From Leucoraja ocellata (Eukaryota): 64,000 nt of DNA. Positions 25,943 through 37,000 of the stretch are shown piece by piece. A model generated the notes under the pieces. It worked only from the letters and a program-made list of their open reading frames with translations, was not told the origin of the DNA and did not search any database. The stretch is taken from positions 744,001 through 808,000 of the forward strand of contig JAWMAR010000079.1 in NCBI GenBank assembly GCA_036785375.1, read 5' to 3'. The position numbers were made by a program, and so were the translations under genes. Position 1 is the stretch's first letter, and each line of letters starts with the position of its first letter.

Positions 25943-27559
25943 TTAATTCCAGTGAAGATGGAATTCAGGAAACTTGAATGAGCCATACAAAGCTATGTAC
26001 TTGGGTAATAAAGTAATTTCAATGTGCTGTTGGGATTCTGGTGGTTGTATGTTTTTGGTTACCTGTTTCCTTTCATAGGCCTATCTAGTGGAATAAAATG
26101 AACCATTATCAGCCTTGGGATTGAAGATAACTTGCAACACTCCATACAATGGATTGTGAGGTGACTGATGAGCCTATGTGAGACCCATCAACAGCTGCAT
26201 CCCAAGGATACTGGGTAGGTACAGGTAATTTAGGATTGAAAATGGGGATTATTTCCATCCCAAGAAAGAAGAATCCGGAATCCTGTACCACAAGGGATGC
26301 CAATCACTAATTGTATTAATCTGTCAATTAACAGAAAAGGTTATTGAGGTCAAAAATGGCCAAGTACAGTGGTTGATGCTCCTCCTTGATTTATCTTGCA
26401 GTTGCACAGAGACAATTATGCCTGTTGTGTCTTCAAACAGGCGTCAGTTAATGTAACCTTCTCACTGCTCCAGAAACCCAGGAGTTGGCTATGTGAAGGT
26501 TGCACATTCTCCCTGTTACTCAATGGGTTTTCTTCAACTTCTCTGCTTACTTCCCGCATCCCAAAGACATGCTGATTGTTAATTATTTATGGTAAATTAC
26601 ATCTTAATGTACATTTTTTTTTATAATTATGGGGAATTAATGGAATATGGAAAGAATAAGTAGGGTTACAGGGAGGTAAGAAGAAGGAAAATGGGACTAA
26701 TAGAATTGCCGTCTGTCAGCAGGCATGGATCCAATGGGTTGAATGGATCCATGAATGTGCTGGATAATGCACACTCCATAGCAAATACTCTGATGTAATG
26801 TTTATTTGTTCCCACACAAACGTGGTGTCGGCAATGGCTCTCAATCTGTAGGACTCTTGCCCATGCGTGGGTGGTGTATAGAATCAAATCGAACTCCATA
26901 AATTATCAAATTATAGAGAGCCATCTCCCAGTAACAATCCTTTCATGCTGCCGATAGACCTTGAGCACAAGTTGTGTATCATCGGCTCGTTTCAATTGGA
27001 CGCAGTTCTTGGACAGTTTAGTCTTTACCCCTTTGAGTCAGTCCTTTCCATCACATCACGATCTCCTGTGCAGGTCGGGAGAATTTAATAGGTGTAAATG
27101 TATTTGTTTGTTTTCTATTGGCACAAAATTGTTGGAACATTTTAATTACCAGTGACTTAACTATCCTCCCAACTCATCGAATTACATGTCAAATGTGACA
27201 AATCACTGTTTAATATTTCACGTAGTTTCTTTTCTGTCACCTGATAACCTGGGTTTTATAAAGCTTAAATGGCATGAAGAGCCACTCAACTTCAAAATCA
27301 TTTTTACATAATGTTAAAATTGTAATAGATATACAGCATGGAAACAGGGCCTTCGACCCACCTAGTCCACCCAGCCTTCGGTCACCCGTCAACACTAGTA
27401 CAATGTTATCCCACTGCCTACACATTAGGGGCAATTTTACAGAGGCCAATTAATCTACAAACCCATGTCCTCCCGAGATGCTGCCTGACCTGCTGAATTA
27501 CGCCAGCACTTTGTGTCTCTTTTTCCATCTATATTTTTGTCCAAGTCATTTCTCTATAT

Positions 27560-27810
27560 CACAAACCACTGATGTTTCAACATTGATCCTTGCGAAACAC
27601 CACTGGTCCTCTGGCCAGAATAACACTCTTCCACCACTTCTCTCTGATATGGGTAGGCCGGTTCTGAATCCATACCATTAAGTCACTGTGGATCCCATGC
27701 ATCTTCTGCATCAGCGTACCATGAGGGACTTTATCAAATGCCTTACCAAAGTTCATGCAAATAACATCCATTGCCCTACCCTCATCAATCACCTTTGTCA
27801 CCTTTTCATT
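27560..27810 (-). mobile_element. CR1-like RT fragment
   Basis: ORF 27577-27813: [23 protein letters not shown]. Confidence 0.8.
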
Positions 27811-28249
27811 CACATTATCTTTAGATTATTGAGCTCCCACTCACAGAAGTAGTTTACCAGCAAGGTTTATATACTTATTCTCACAACTTCATTATTTAAG
27901 CCTTGGTAGAGTGAGGGACGAGATATGGACGGGAAATGTAAAGTTTAATAAGACTGAACCAAGGTCGGACGTAATGGTGGCGAGACAGCGAATACTAGAA
28001 TCTAAGACAGATTGATGCAAAGGAATACAGCATGAAAGATAGTGTAGCAGAGATTAGGCAGAAAGAGTGAAATAAAAGCTGCTTGTTCTGTGAATCGGAG
28101 AGCAATTAGAGAACCATGAGGGTGGTGTCATCTCTGAATGTTCCAGCTGATGTTTGCAAATAAAGGCTTTTGTCTTGAAGAATTCTCCGTGTCTGTGTCA
28201 TCTTATCCAACTTTAAGTCTCTAAACCACGACACTATCTGCTCAAGTTC

Positions 28250-28838
28250 AAACAATTGTCCCAAAACGCATTAGCCGGCGGTTCATTCTACAGCAAGACA
28301 ATGATCCCAAACTTACTACTAAAGCAACAAAGGAGTTTTTCAAAGCTAAAAAATGATCAATTCTTGAGTGGCCAAGTCAATCACCCGATCTGAACCCAAT
28401 TGAGCATGCCTTTTATATGCTGAAGAGAAAACTGAAGGGGACTAGCCCCCAAAACAAGCATAAGCTAAATATGGCTGCAATACAGGCCTGGCAGAGCATC
28501 ACCAGAGAAGACACAGCAACTGGTGATGTCCATGAATCGCAGACTTCAAGCAGTCATTGCATGCAAAGGATATGCAACAAAATACTAAACATGACTACTC
28601 TCATTTACATTACATTGCTGTGCCCCAAACATTATGATGCCCTGAAATAGGCGGACTATGTATAAACATTGCTGTAATTTCTACATGGTGAAACCAAAAT
28701 GTATAAAACTGGCCTTTATTAAAATCTGACAATGCATTTTAATATGTGATTTTTTTTTCTATTACAAATCTCAAATTGTGGAGTACAGAGGCAAATAAAT
28801 AAATGATGGGTCTGTCCCAAACATTACGGAGGGCACTG
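28250..28838 (+). mobile_element. Tc1/mariner transposon 3' remnant with right TIR
   Basis: LQQDNDPKLT..TKEFFK..*SILEWPSQSPDLNPIEH DDE signature. The end ...GAGGGCACTG reads CAGTG on the - strand. Inner repeat CCCAAACATTA at ~28624 and ~28816. Confidence 0.9.
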
Positions 28839-29489
28839 TGAGTAGTTGTGCACGCTGACACATGTTCTCCTCAAAATAAGGAAATCAAGAAAGCTTGCAG
28901 TACATCTGTATAGTCACTGAAATTTCCTATAAAACCTATCTTTTGTCTATTTCAAAAACAAATGACAAATCCTTCCCACACCCAGCTTTGTTTTCACTTA
29001 CCTCTTCCAGTTTACCCTTAGCAATGTCACGCTGATGATAGAATTGCAGTCATTCATGCTGATATGTGCTCATTCACACACAATGAATGACATTTAAATA
29101 ATTGCAACTAGAAGGTGAGATAATTAAGAAGAATAGCGTAAGACAGTGCGTGTTGGGATAGTGTGTTAATCATCCTTCAAAATGTCACAAGCTAATTATT
29201 GCACGCTTCGCAGTACTTTCCATTTAGACTGAACTACATCTAACATAAGGGGGCACATATTTGGCACGAACCAGGCATTTGGCTCCTTTTGTGTTTTAGT
29301 CATCCTGTAAACTGACTAGGTTACAGTTTGATATGAGATCCTTCCCATTATACCTGGAAGAGAGGCTATTGAGAAGGTGAGCGGCAAGTCTATGTATTAT
29401 TCACATGTTGCGTTTTGTAACGGGCTCTACTCATTCAGGCCATCTTTACAGCTCACTTCTGGGTTTAATTAGCTGAGGTTAGAATTACG

Positions 29490-29530
29490 GCTCTGTATAA
29501 AATTACTTCATGTCCAGTCATTGATCGTTG
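29490..29530 (+). promoter_or_regulatory. Candidate core promoter (TATAAAA 29496-29502) of the STRC-like gene
   Basis: TATA-like box with an Inr-like TCATT about 22 nt downstream, ~300 nt upstream of a strong GTGAGT donor at 29807. Confidence 0.35.
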
Positions 29531-29806
29531 CTTATTTTCACTAATGTCCACTCTACGTCCGAGTTAAAAAGGATGTGTTTGTTTTTCCTGCCGTCGGACT
29601 TGATCCACAATTTGGAGTCACATGGTGATGAAAATAATTACCAGACAAGGAAGAGGAGCTGAACGGGACTGGGTGGTGGAAGAAGGGAAACTGCACACTT
29701 CCAGACAGATCGGGAGCAAGTGGGGCACAAGGTTAAACATAGTCCTCTTCCTTCTCGGAGCAGTTGCCACTTCTGCTCTACATGTCTCAGAAGCGGTATA
29801 TTGCGG
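29525..29806 (+). other. STRC: Putative first (5' UTR) exon of the STRC-like gene
   Basis: Strong donor gg|gtgagt at 29806/29807. The ATG exon has its own acceptor (tttctgtgacag|30944), which implies an upstream exon. Start position inferred. Confidence 0.45.
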
Positions 29807-30535
29807 GTGAGTAACTTTAATTTTAAGATAACTATTTAAACCTATTTAAATGTAAAAAAATCTTAACAATATTTATTATTTTAAATTCCTGGAAATGGGA
29901 GGAAAATGCATTTCCGTAAAATACACCTTATATTTTCCCATGAATTTTACCCACACAAAGCTTAGAGGTTTATTTGTTTGACGGAAGTGCAGAGCTCCCG
30001 ATAATGTGGAGCCCTCAGCACTGATTCACCGAAATTCTATCAAGGCTTGAATGCATAAACCACAGCTGGGATAAACTGAGCTAATGAGAATGAGGAATGG
30101 TTTCATGAAGTTTGTCAGGACAGAGAGACCTCCACGATTCTCTGCATTAACTCCATACTGGCAGCAGAAAGGGTAGGACTGAACCTGGGTCACTGCGTCG
30201 GCGAGACCCGTGCATTGACTGCTGCATCACGATGCCACCGCCAATCACGCAGCTCGTGGGTCCTGAACTTTTCATAAGGAGAGGGTTTAGCTCTAAAAGC
30301 CAGTAGGTTATGCTGAGCCTTTCATAGAACTGGATTACAGACCCAACTGGATACCGAGTCCAGTTCTCTGCACAAACAAGAGATTATAACATGTGGTCAA
30401 TTAAATGTGTGTAGTAAAGCTGCATTGAGTTATGCGCGTTTATGTCTTTTTCTGCGGTAGAGAGTTGGAAAAATATTATCCAAGTGCTGACTACATTTTT
30501 AGATGTGTTTTACAATTGTAACTAATACAATTGTC

Positions 30536-30860
30536 GGGTTGCACGGTGGCTCAGCAGTAGCGTTGCTGCCTTTCAGCGCCAGAGACCTGGGTTCGATCTT
30601 GACTATGGGTGCTATCTTGACTATGGGTGCTGTGCGGAGTTTGTACGTTCTCCCCTTGACCTGTGTGGGTTTACTCCGGGAGCTCCAGTTTCCTCCCACA
30701 CTCCAAAGACGTTCAGGTTTGTAGACCAATTAGCTTGGTATACTTGTAAATTGTCCCTAGAGTGTGTAGGATAGTGTTAGTGTACGGTGATCGTTGGTTG
30801 GCACGGACCCAGTAGGCAGAAGGACCTGTTTCCGTGGTATATCTCTAAACTAAACTAAAA
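30536..30860 (+). mobile_element. tRNA-derived SINE (HE1/V-SINE-like), full length
   Basis: A box TGGCTCAGCAGTAG, B box GGGTTCGATC, LINE-like tail CCTGTTTCC...TATCTCTAAACTAAACTAAA; internal 18-bp tandem duplication 30596-30631. Confidence 0.85.
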
Positions 30861-30985
30861 TAAAATACATTTGAAAAATATAACTATCATTATTTCCTGT
30901 CTCCAGCCCATGAACTACAGCCTCACCCCATTTTCTGTGACAGGAGCAACAGGACCAGCTCACTGGCCAGGGAATAGTGGCATCG

Positions 30986-31043
30986 ATGAACAAAACGATG
31001 AAGACAATTGTTCTGATCATCCTCTTGTGGTGTTCGATACCAG
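30986..31043 (+). CDS. STRC: STRC-like first coding exon, signal peptide MNKTMKTIVLIILLWCSIP(G)
   Basis: Basic n-region plus hydrophobic core; phase-1 donor cag|gtacaa matches the phase-1 acceptor at 33215. Confidence 0.75.
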
Positions 31044-34000
31044 GTACAAAAATTGCATTTCTTTAGAAGCTTTCATGCCGGGTCAGTCAAGGGCGATTAT
31101 ATTGTCTTAAGGTGTGCTGTAGGGGTCAGCCAGATCCTAAGTAATAACTAGATTAACTAAATAACCTGTCTTGATGAAGTTGGCCAAGGAATAACCAAAG
31201 GCAATAAACTAGGGTCCCAGTTGAACATTTGAGGTGTCTGGACGTGAATTACTCAGGCAAAGAAGTCTACAAATGCAGGAAGATGGGATTAATGTGGATG
31301 GGTGCTCACTGATGAGCATAGCCACAGTGGGCTGAGTGGCCTTCACCATGCTGTATGACTCTTTGATTCTTGTCAAAGGGTGCCTGAGGTCAGCAGCATC
31401 TGCAGGTTCTTACCTGGAGCGAGTCCTGCAGATAAACTGGCTACTAGCAGATTAATCACAAGCCTCACTCCTGACATTCTTTCAACATGCTTAAAACCCA
31501 CCCCCTTTGATGAATCGACTATAAAAGAGATTTAGTAGAAAAGCTGGGTAAACTCTGTGGATCTGTGGAAAGAGATCACAGGCCAAACCCCTTCATCAGA
31601 AACGGGCACCAATTTGACAAAGGGTCGGGGACTTGAACCCTTAACTCTGTGTCTCTCTCCACAGATGCTGCCTGATTCACTGAATGTTTCCAGCATTTTC
31701 AGATTTTATTTTAGATCTCCAGCATCTGCAGTTTCTTTTTAATTTCCTAAAGAGATTCAATGCTTCTTAGTGTCTCTGGCATAATTTTTTTTTTAATATT
31801 AAAAATTACATGAATAGAATGTCATATTCAAGAATAAAATTAAATGTTTAAATAGGAAACAGCTACAATAATTAACACTCATTCATAGTAACGCATTGGT
31901 GAATTGTATTTGCGATTCTCTTTTACACTATTCTTCCCCAGGAAAACTGTGAAAGTTGTGCACCTGTTGGAATCGGGGAACCATTAGGAGTCAACTGTGT
32001 GGATATTTAATGCTTCAACTTGCATGTGGGAGTCCAAAACATTGGCACAGTTATGTGGAAAATTCACGCTGTTGTGCAATATCAATGAACGGCACTCTCT
32101 GCCTTTCATTGCAAAGGGACATTCTGCAATCCATCGTTACTAGAAAATTGGTGATTAATTCATCTGAAATACCACCTCAACAGTGAAATATTGTGAATGG
32201 AGCGGGTTTGAACTCAATGTTTCGACTTCCCAAATATGAGTGGCCGGGATCATGGGTCCCCTATACGTTTTTCTGCTTTCATATCCACTCCATCATTCTA
32301 TTTGTGCATGTATGTATATCTGCACCTGAACCTCACACTTGGTTGCATATTCCTTAAATCCTCGGGGAACAAAACATCCATCTGTTCTGATGGACGGTCA
32401 TTGACCTGTAATGTTCACTGTTTCTCTCTCCAAGGATGCTGCCTGATTTGCTCAATGTTTCTAGCATTTTCTATTTTCATGTCAAAAATCCATGAAATTG
32501 TTGAAAGTGGGTGGGGATGAATGCTACTGTCTTGTTGGTGTAAAGAAGAGGTATCTGATACCAATCCTGGACATCTTGGCTTTAATTTTCTGTCCTCTTC
32601 TCCTGGATTCCCCATCAGAGCAAACCTTCTCTATCTATCTCCAAGCTTTTGAAGACATTTTTAAAGGCAACTAGACCAAGTGCAGACCTGTTGGGTCTGC
32701 TTCCCCAATGGTGTGATCCCCCAACCCAATATTCCATCATGCACCCGTCTCCTCCAACGGAACTGAAGCCGTTCCCAAATGTAAGATTCCAACACTCCCC
32801 TGCCTCCCTCAATGAAAAATATTTCCAATTTCACCTCCCCTGCCTGCTGCAGCAGTTCCAATTGCAATACCAATTGGCCCTCCCCCTCCTGTTGAAGCAC
32901 TTGCTGTGATATCCCATTGAGGTGAAAAGTTCAGAGTGTTCCTGTCTTGCAACTTTGTTTTGAAGTGTGTTGGAAGCTGATAGGAAGGAGCAGTGAATCA
33001 AAAGGAAGAAAGGCAGCCGTACGGACGGATGGCAGGCGGCAACCACAGACTTTTATATAATAAATAATAGATAGATATTCTATAACAAAGCAAGAGTATG
33101 ATTTCTAATGGATATTGATTAAATTTGGCTCTGTATCAGGATTGAAATTACAACAACATCTAGATTTCCAGAAATAATCTTGTTTTTTTCAGCATGTTAT
33201 TATTTTTCCTTCAGGCTCTTTCAATAAGAAACTACAAATTTCTCGAGGCTGGAAGAGATCTGTGAATACTACAACCCGGGAACACACTAAAACACTGATC
33301 CCAACAGGAGAATCACAGATAGAGGCACAAGTGAAGAGTCCCCAGTTATCTCCTGAACTGAATGATTCCAGTAAATCACTATGGAAGATTTTGGACCAGA
33401 AGCTCCGTGCGCAGACACGCCAGGGATATTCTGCTCTCCCGGAGGTCATCCAGATGATAATGTCCAACATCATTCCAGGGAACAAGTGGGAATTGTATTC
33501 CATAATGTTACAGGTTCTATATAATAGTCAGCTTGGAGACATTGGGTTGGGGTTGCAGCAACTGCTACCTCAGCTACATCTGTACATTTTTCAGGAAACT
33601 GAAGACTTTAGACCACTCTTTGCACTTGCTGAGGAGCTGTTGAGTTCATTTGGAGTTAATTGGAAAGCTCTATTGCTGTCCATGCAGGAGGAAGCGTGTT
33701 ATTTTGCTTCATCTATGAATAGAAGATCATTAATTGATTTTGCCCAAGTGTTTCTTTCATCTAGTGTTCATGAAGATCGCTCCAGAATGTGGAAGGATGG
33801 CTTTAATATTCCAAACCTGTTGTTAAGTTTCATTGGGAAGGTGCAACAGATCCTTTCTTTTGGGCTAAAGACTATTTGGCATTTCTTTAGTCAGAATGTG
33901 TTTCCATTTTTTGACTCCTATCTTTGTAAAGTGGCAAAACAAATATTGAAGCTAACGGACATTTTCTTGGAGGGAATGTTCTTTGCAAGCAATATAATTA

Positions 34001-37000
34001 AATTGGATGGAATGGGACAATGCCCCCAAGGTAAGGAGCTACAATACACTCAGTGCTTTCATGTCAGTGTTTTCTCTACCCCCCCCCCCCCCCCCCCCCA
34101 TTCCCCAAAAGGCATTGATTCCCTTCATGTGAGAAGCCAGGTAGATACATGCATGCATGCACACACGTGTATACTCACCTCTCATACACATTCCACATCA
34201 CACAAACATGCACACATACAAACGTGTACACACATCCACATAACAATATAAAAACACACATGCTGACACACTAACATGTATGCAGACATACACTGATATA
34301 AAAACATGCACATGTGCAAGCACACACACACAGCTGTTCTACCACAGAATTAAGCCAGTTAATACTATCTGGACCATAATTATATTTGAGTCCATAGAAC
34401 CTGGATTGAAATCCTGCTAAGAAATAGTAAATATTGTTGCATCTTTGCTGTTTGCCTGGATTTTTTCCTTCCCAGGGCTGTATAGTCCAGGTCTACAGCT
34501 TGTAGACGCCCAGGTTTTGCCATACGATTGTAAACTGGTGGGTTGTCGGGCTGCAGGGCAGAGCAGAGTGACAGTGGTCCATTCAGGGAAACTGTTTGGA
34601 GGGTGGGATTAAGTTGCACTGTGGCATTTTCTCCATGACCATCTCAGTTGTACAGTCATCCATCATTGTTACCTAGTTGTCATAATAGGTGTCAATTTCT
34701 GGACAAGCTGGTCATTGCAAATAGATGGAACTGGCAAGAGAGGATGAATCATCAGTCCTAATCCCAACTTCTGTTAAATAAATCAAGGGGGCCTGCAAGT
34801 GTGTGATCCCAACAGGGTTCAGGTGTGGCTCAGTGGGTGAAATTTGTCTCTGAGTCCGAAGGCTGTGGAGTCGAGTTCTGCGGGAGAACTGAACTCAAAA
34901 TCTTTGGGGTCTGAGCTCTGATCTGTTCCACCAACAGGACCCAGCGTTACATTACCCATCGATTGTCCCTCCCATCGTCAATCATCTCCTTGTAGTCTGT
35001 TTGGACAACTCCCCCCCCCCCCCCCCCCCCCGTTCCCTGCCCAAACCTGCTAGCATTCCCGTTGTTGAAGTCTTGTTGTGAGTGTGTTGATTTAGGTAGT
35101 CATATATATAATTTTGTTAATTGTCATTTCATATCTTCACAGGAAATCTGAACCAGCTTCTCAACTGGTAAGTTTCAGAACAAGCTTCTTCCCTTTTGTC
35201 TGTGATAAGGAAATATAGAAATATGAACGAGGAGGATGTGAGTGACTGTAATTGAAACACCCACTCTCCTCAGGATAAACTTATTTTCTACTGACTGGGG
35301 TTAGTACGCAACAAAACGCTATTCACTGTACCTCGGTGCATGGTGCAATAAAATAAACGTTTAGAGGCGTTTAGATAGACACGTGGATGTGTACAGGTGT
35401 GAGGGGTTATGGTGAGAAGGCAAGAGAATGGGGTTGAGAGGTAAAGATATATCAGCCATGATTGAATGGCGTACGAGCCGAATGGCCTAATTCTGTTCCT
35501 GTCACTTATGAACTTATGTAGGCATTGGAGAGATGTGGATCACTTGCAGGCAGAGATTAACTTGGCATTGTGTTTGCACATACATTGAGGGCCGAAGGGC
35601 CTGTACATATGTTGTACTCTTCAGATTCAGATTCAGATTCAATTTTAATTGTCATTGTCAGTGTACAGTACAGAGACAACGAAATGTCCTCTTCTATGAT
35701 TCTGGGATAGGGTTTATTAAAAGGTCATCCTTTTGTCCACACAGGGGCCGGCTTCACAACCTGTCGTGGAATTTCGAAGCTGTTCCGCTGGACGTGGCAG
35801 AGATCGTCAAGTCTGGCTCTGCAGCCCATCCCCGGGCAACTGATCGCGTTTTCCAGCTGATCTCCAAACTTCCAAACGTCCCCACCAACTGCGACCAGGA
35901 CCTGTGGCTTTGGACGAACAGGACGGTTTGCGGGGAAGTGTTGCGGCGGCAGTCCGTGCCGGCCTGGCTGCCCGGGGTGTGCGGCGTCGTGAGGGGGTTG
36001 GCAGCGAGACGGGCGGCTCCTCTGATGGAGCACGTTTGCAGGAGCGTGGCCTTGGTGTCCACTTCCGTGGCCCAAGGAGCCGACTTCTTCCTCCAGCACT
36101 GCGTGTATAGGGGACTGGGATCCAGGAGCCACCCACCTGCCCGCAACACCCGGCAGCTGGGAGCTCAGACCTGCAACTACGGCGCCGACTTCATCAACTC
36201 CACAGACGTCGGGTACTGCTCGGTGGTGGACGAGGCCGGCTTTAGAAAGACTATCTGCGGCAATGCTTCGCTGCTGGAAGCCCTGATGAAGAACCCGGCG
36301 CACTCGTGGCTGGAAGCCTTCTGCTCCGTCTCCCCCGACCCCCTCGCCTCGATCCCCGCGGCTGTAGACGTCCTCGGCCCGGGGACAGCCCCGGCCTTCA
36401 GCGTGGCCGCTGACTGCCGCTACCAGGAGTGGGAATCCTCGCCCCCCGCCGACCAGTTGCTCGCCTTCTGCGCCAGCGAGGACGGTGGGGGCTTCTCTGC
36501 CGCCGTGTGCGAGCCCGGCTCGGCGCTGGAGCCGCTGGGGCTTTGGTTGTGCGGCGACGGCTACAGCCTCTTCTGCCAGTACAGCCGCTGGGAGCAGGAG
36601 GTGCCCGACCCTTCCATCGTGGCCCTGTGCCGCAGTACTGACCCGGACAAGTTCAACGTGTCGGTGTGCGGCAGCGCCAGCCTCCTGCACAAGTTGAGCC
36701 AGGAGCCGGGCAACGAGTGGCTTCCCCCCGCCTGCGGCGCCCAGCACCGCTGCCGCTACGAGGAGTGGCTGGGAGCGCCGCCTGTCCCCGCCAGCCTGGT
36801 GGCCCTCTGCGGGGACATTGACTCCACCTTCGACCTGATGGTCTGCACATCTGCCGCGCTCCTGGAGCAACTGCTGGCCGACCCGGACAACGCGTGGCTG
36901 CGCCGGGTCTGCGCTGTCCCAGCCGTGTCCGCCTTCCCAGAGCCGGGCTCGCCGGCCGCTCCCACCGCCGATCCATGGGACCTCATCGGAGCCGCGGGCG

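Noticed and set aside
30536-30610. tRNA gene
   Set aside because: A/B boxes belong to a SINE head followed by SINE core and LINE tail; no cloverleaf is evident.
34031-34251. Pro/His/Thr-rich extension of ORF 33262-34251
   Set aside because: Read-through past a strong donor into poly-C and (CA)n intron sequence.
18143-35031. Long G/C homopolymers (18143-18170, ~23995-24014, ~34079-34099, ~35011-35031) as functional G-quadruplexes
   Set aside because: Slippage-type tracts, one inside a LINE; lengths are unreliable in assemblies and there is no supporting context.
35533-35744. N-terminal 70 aa of the 894-aa ORF as coding sequence
   Set aside because: Made of CR1 tail and (TTCAGA)n retro-tail sequence upstream of the real acceptor at 35744.
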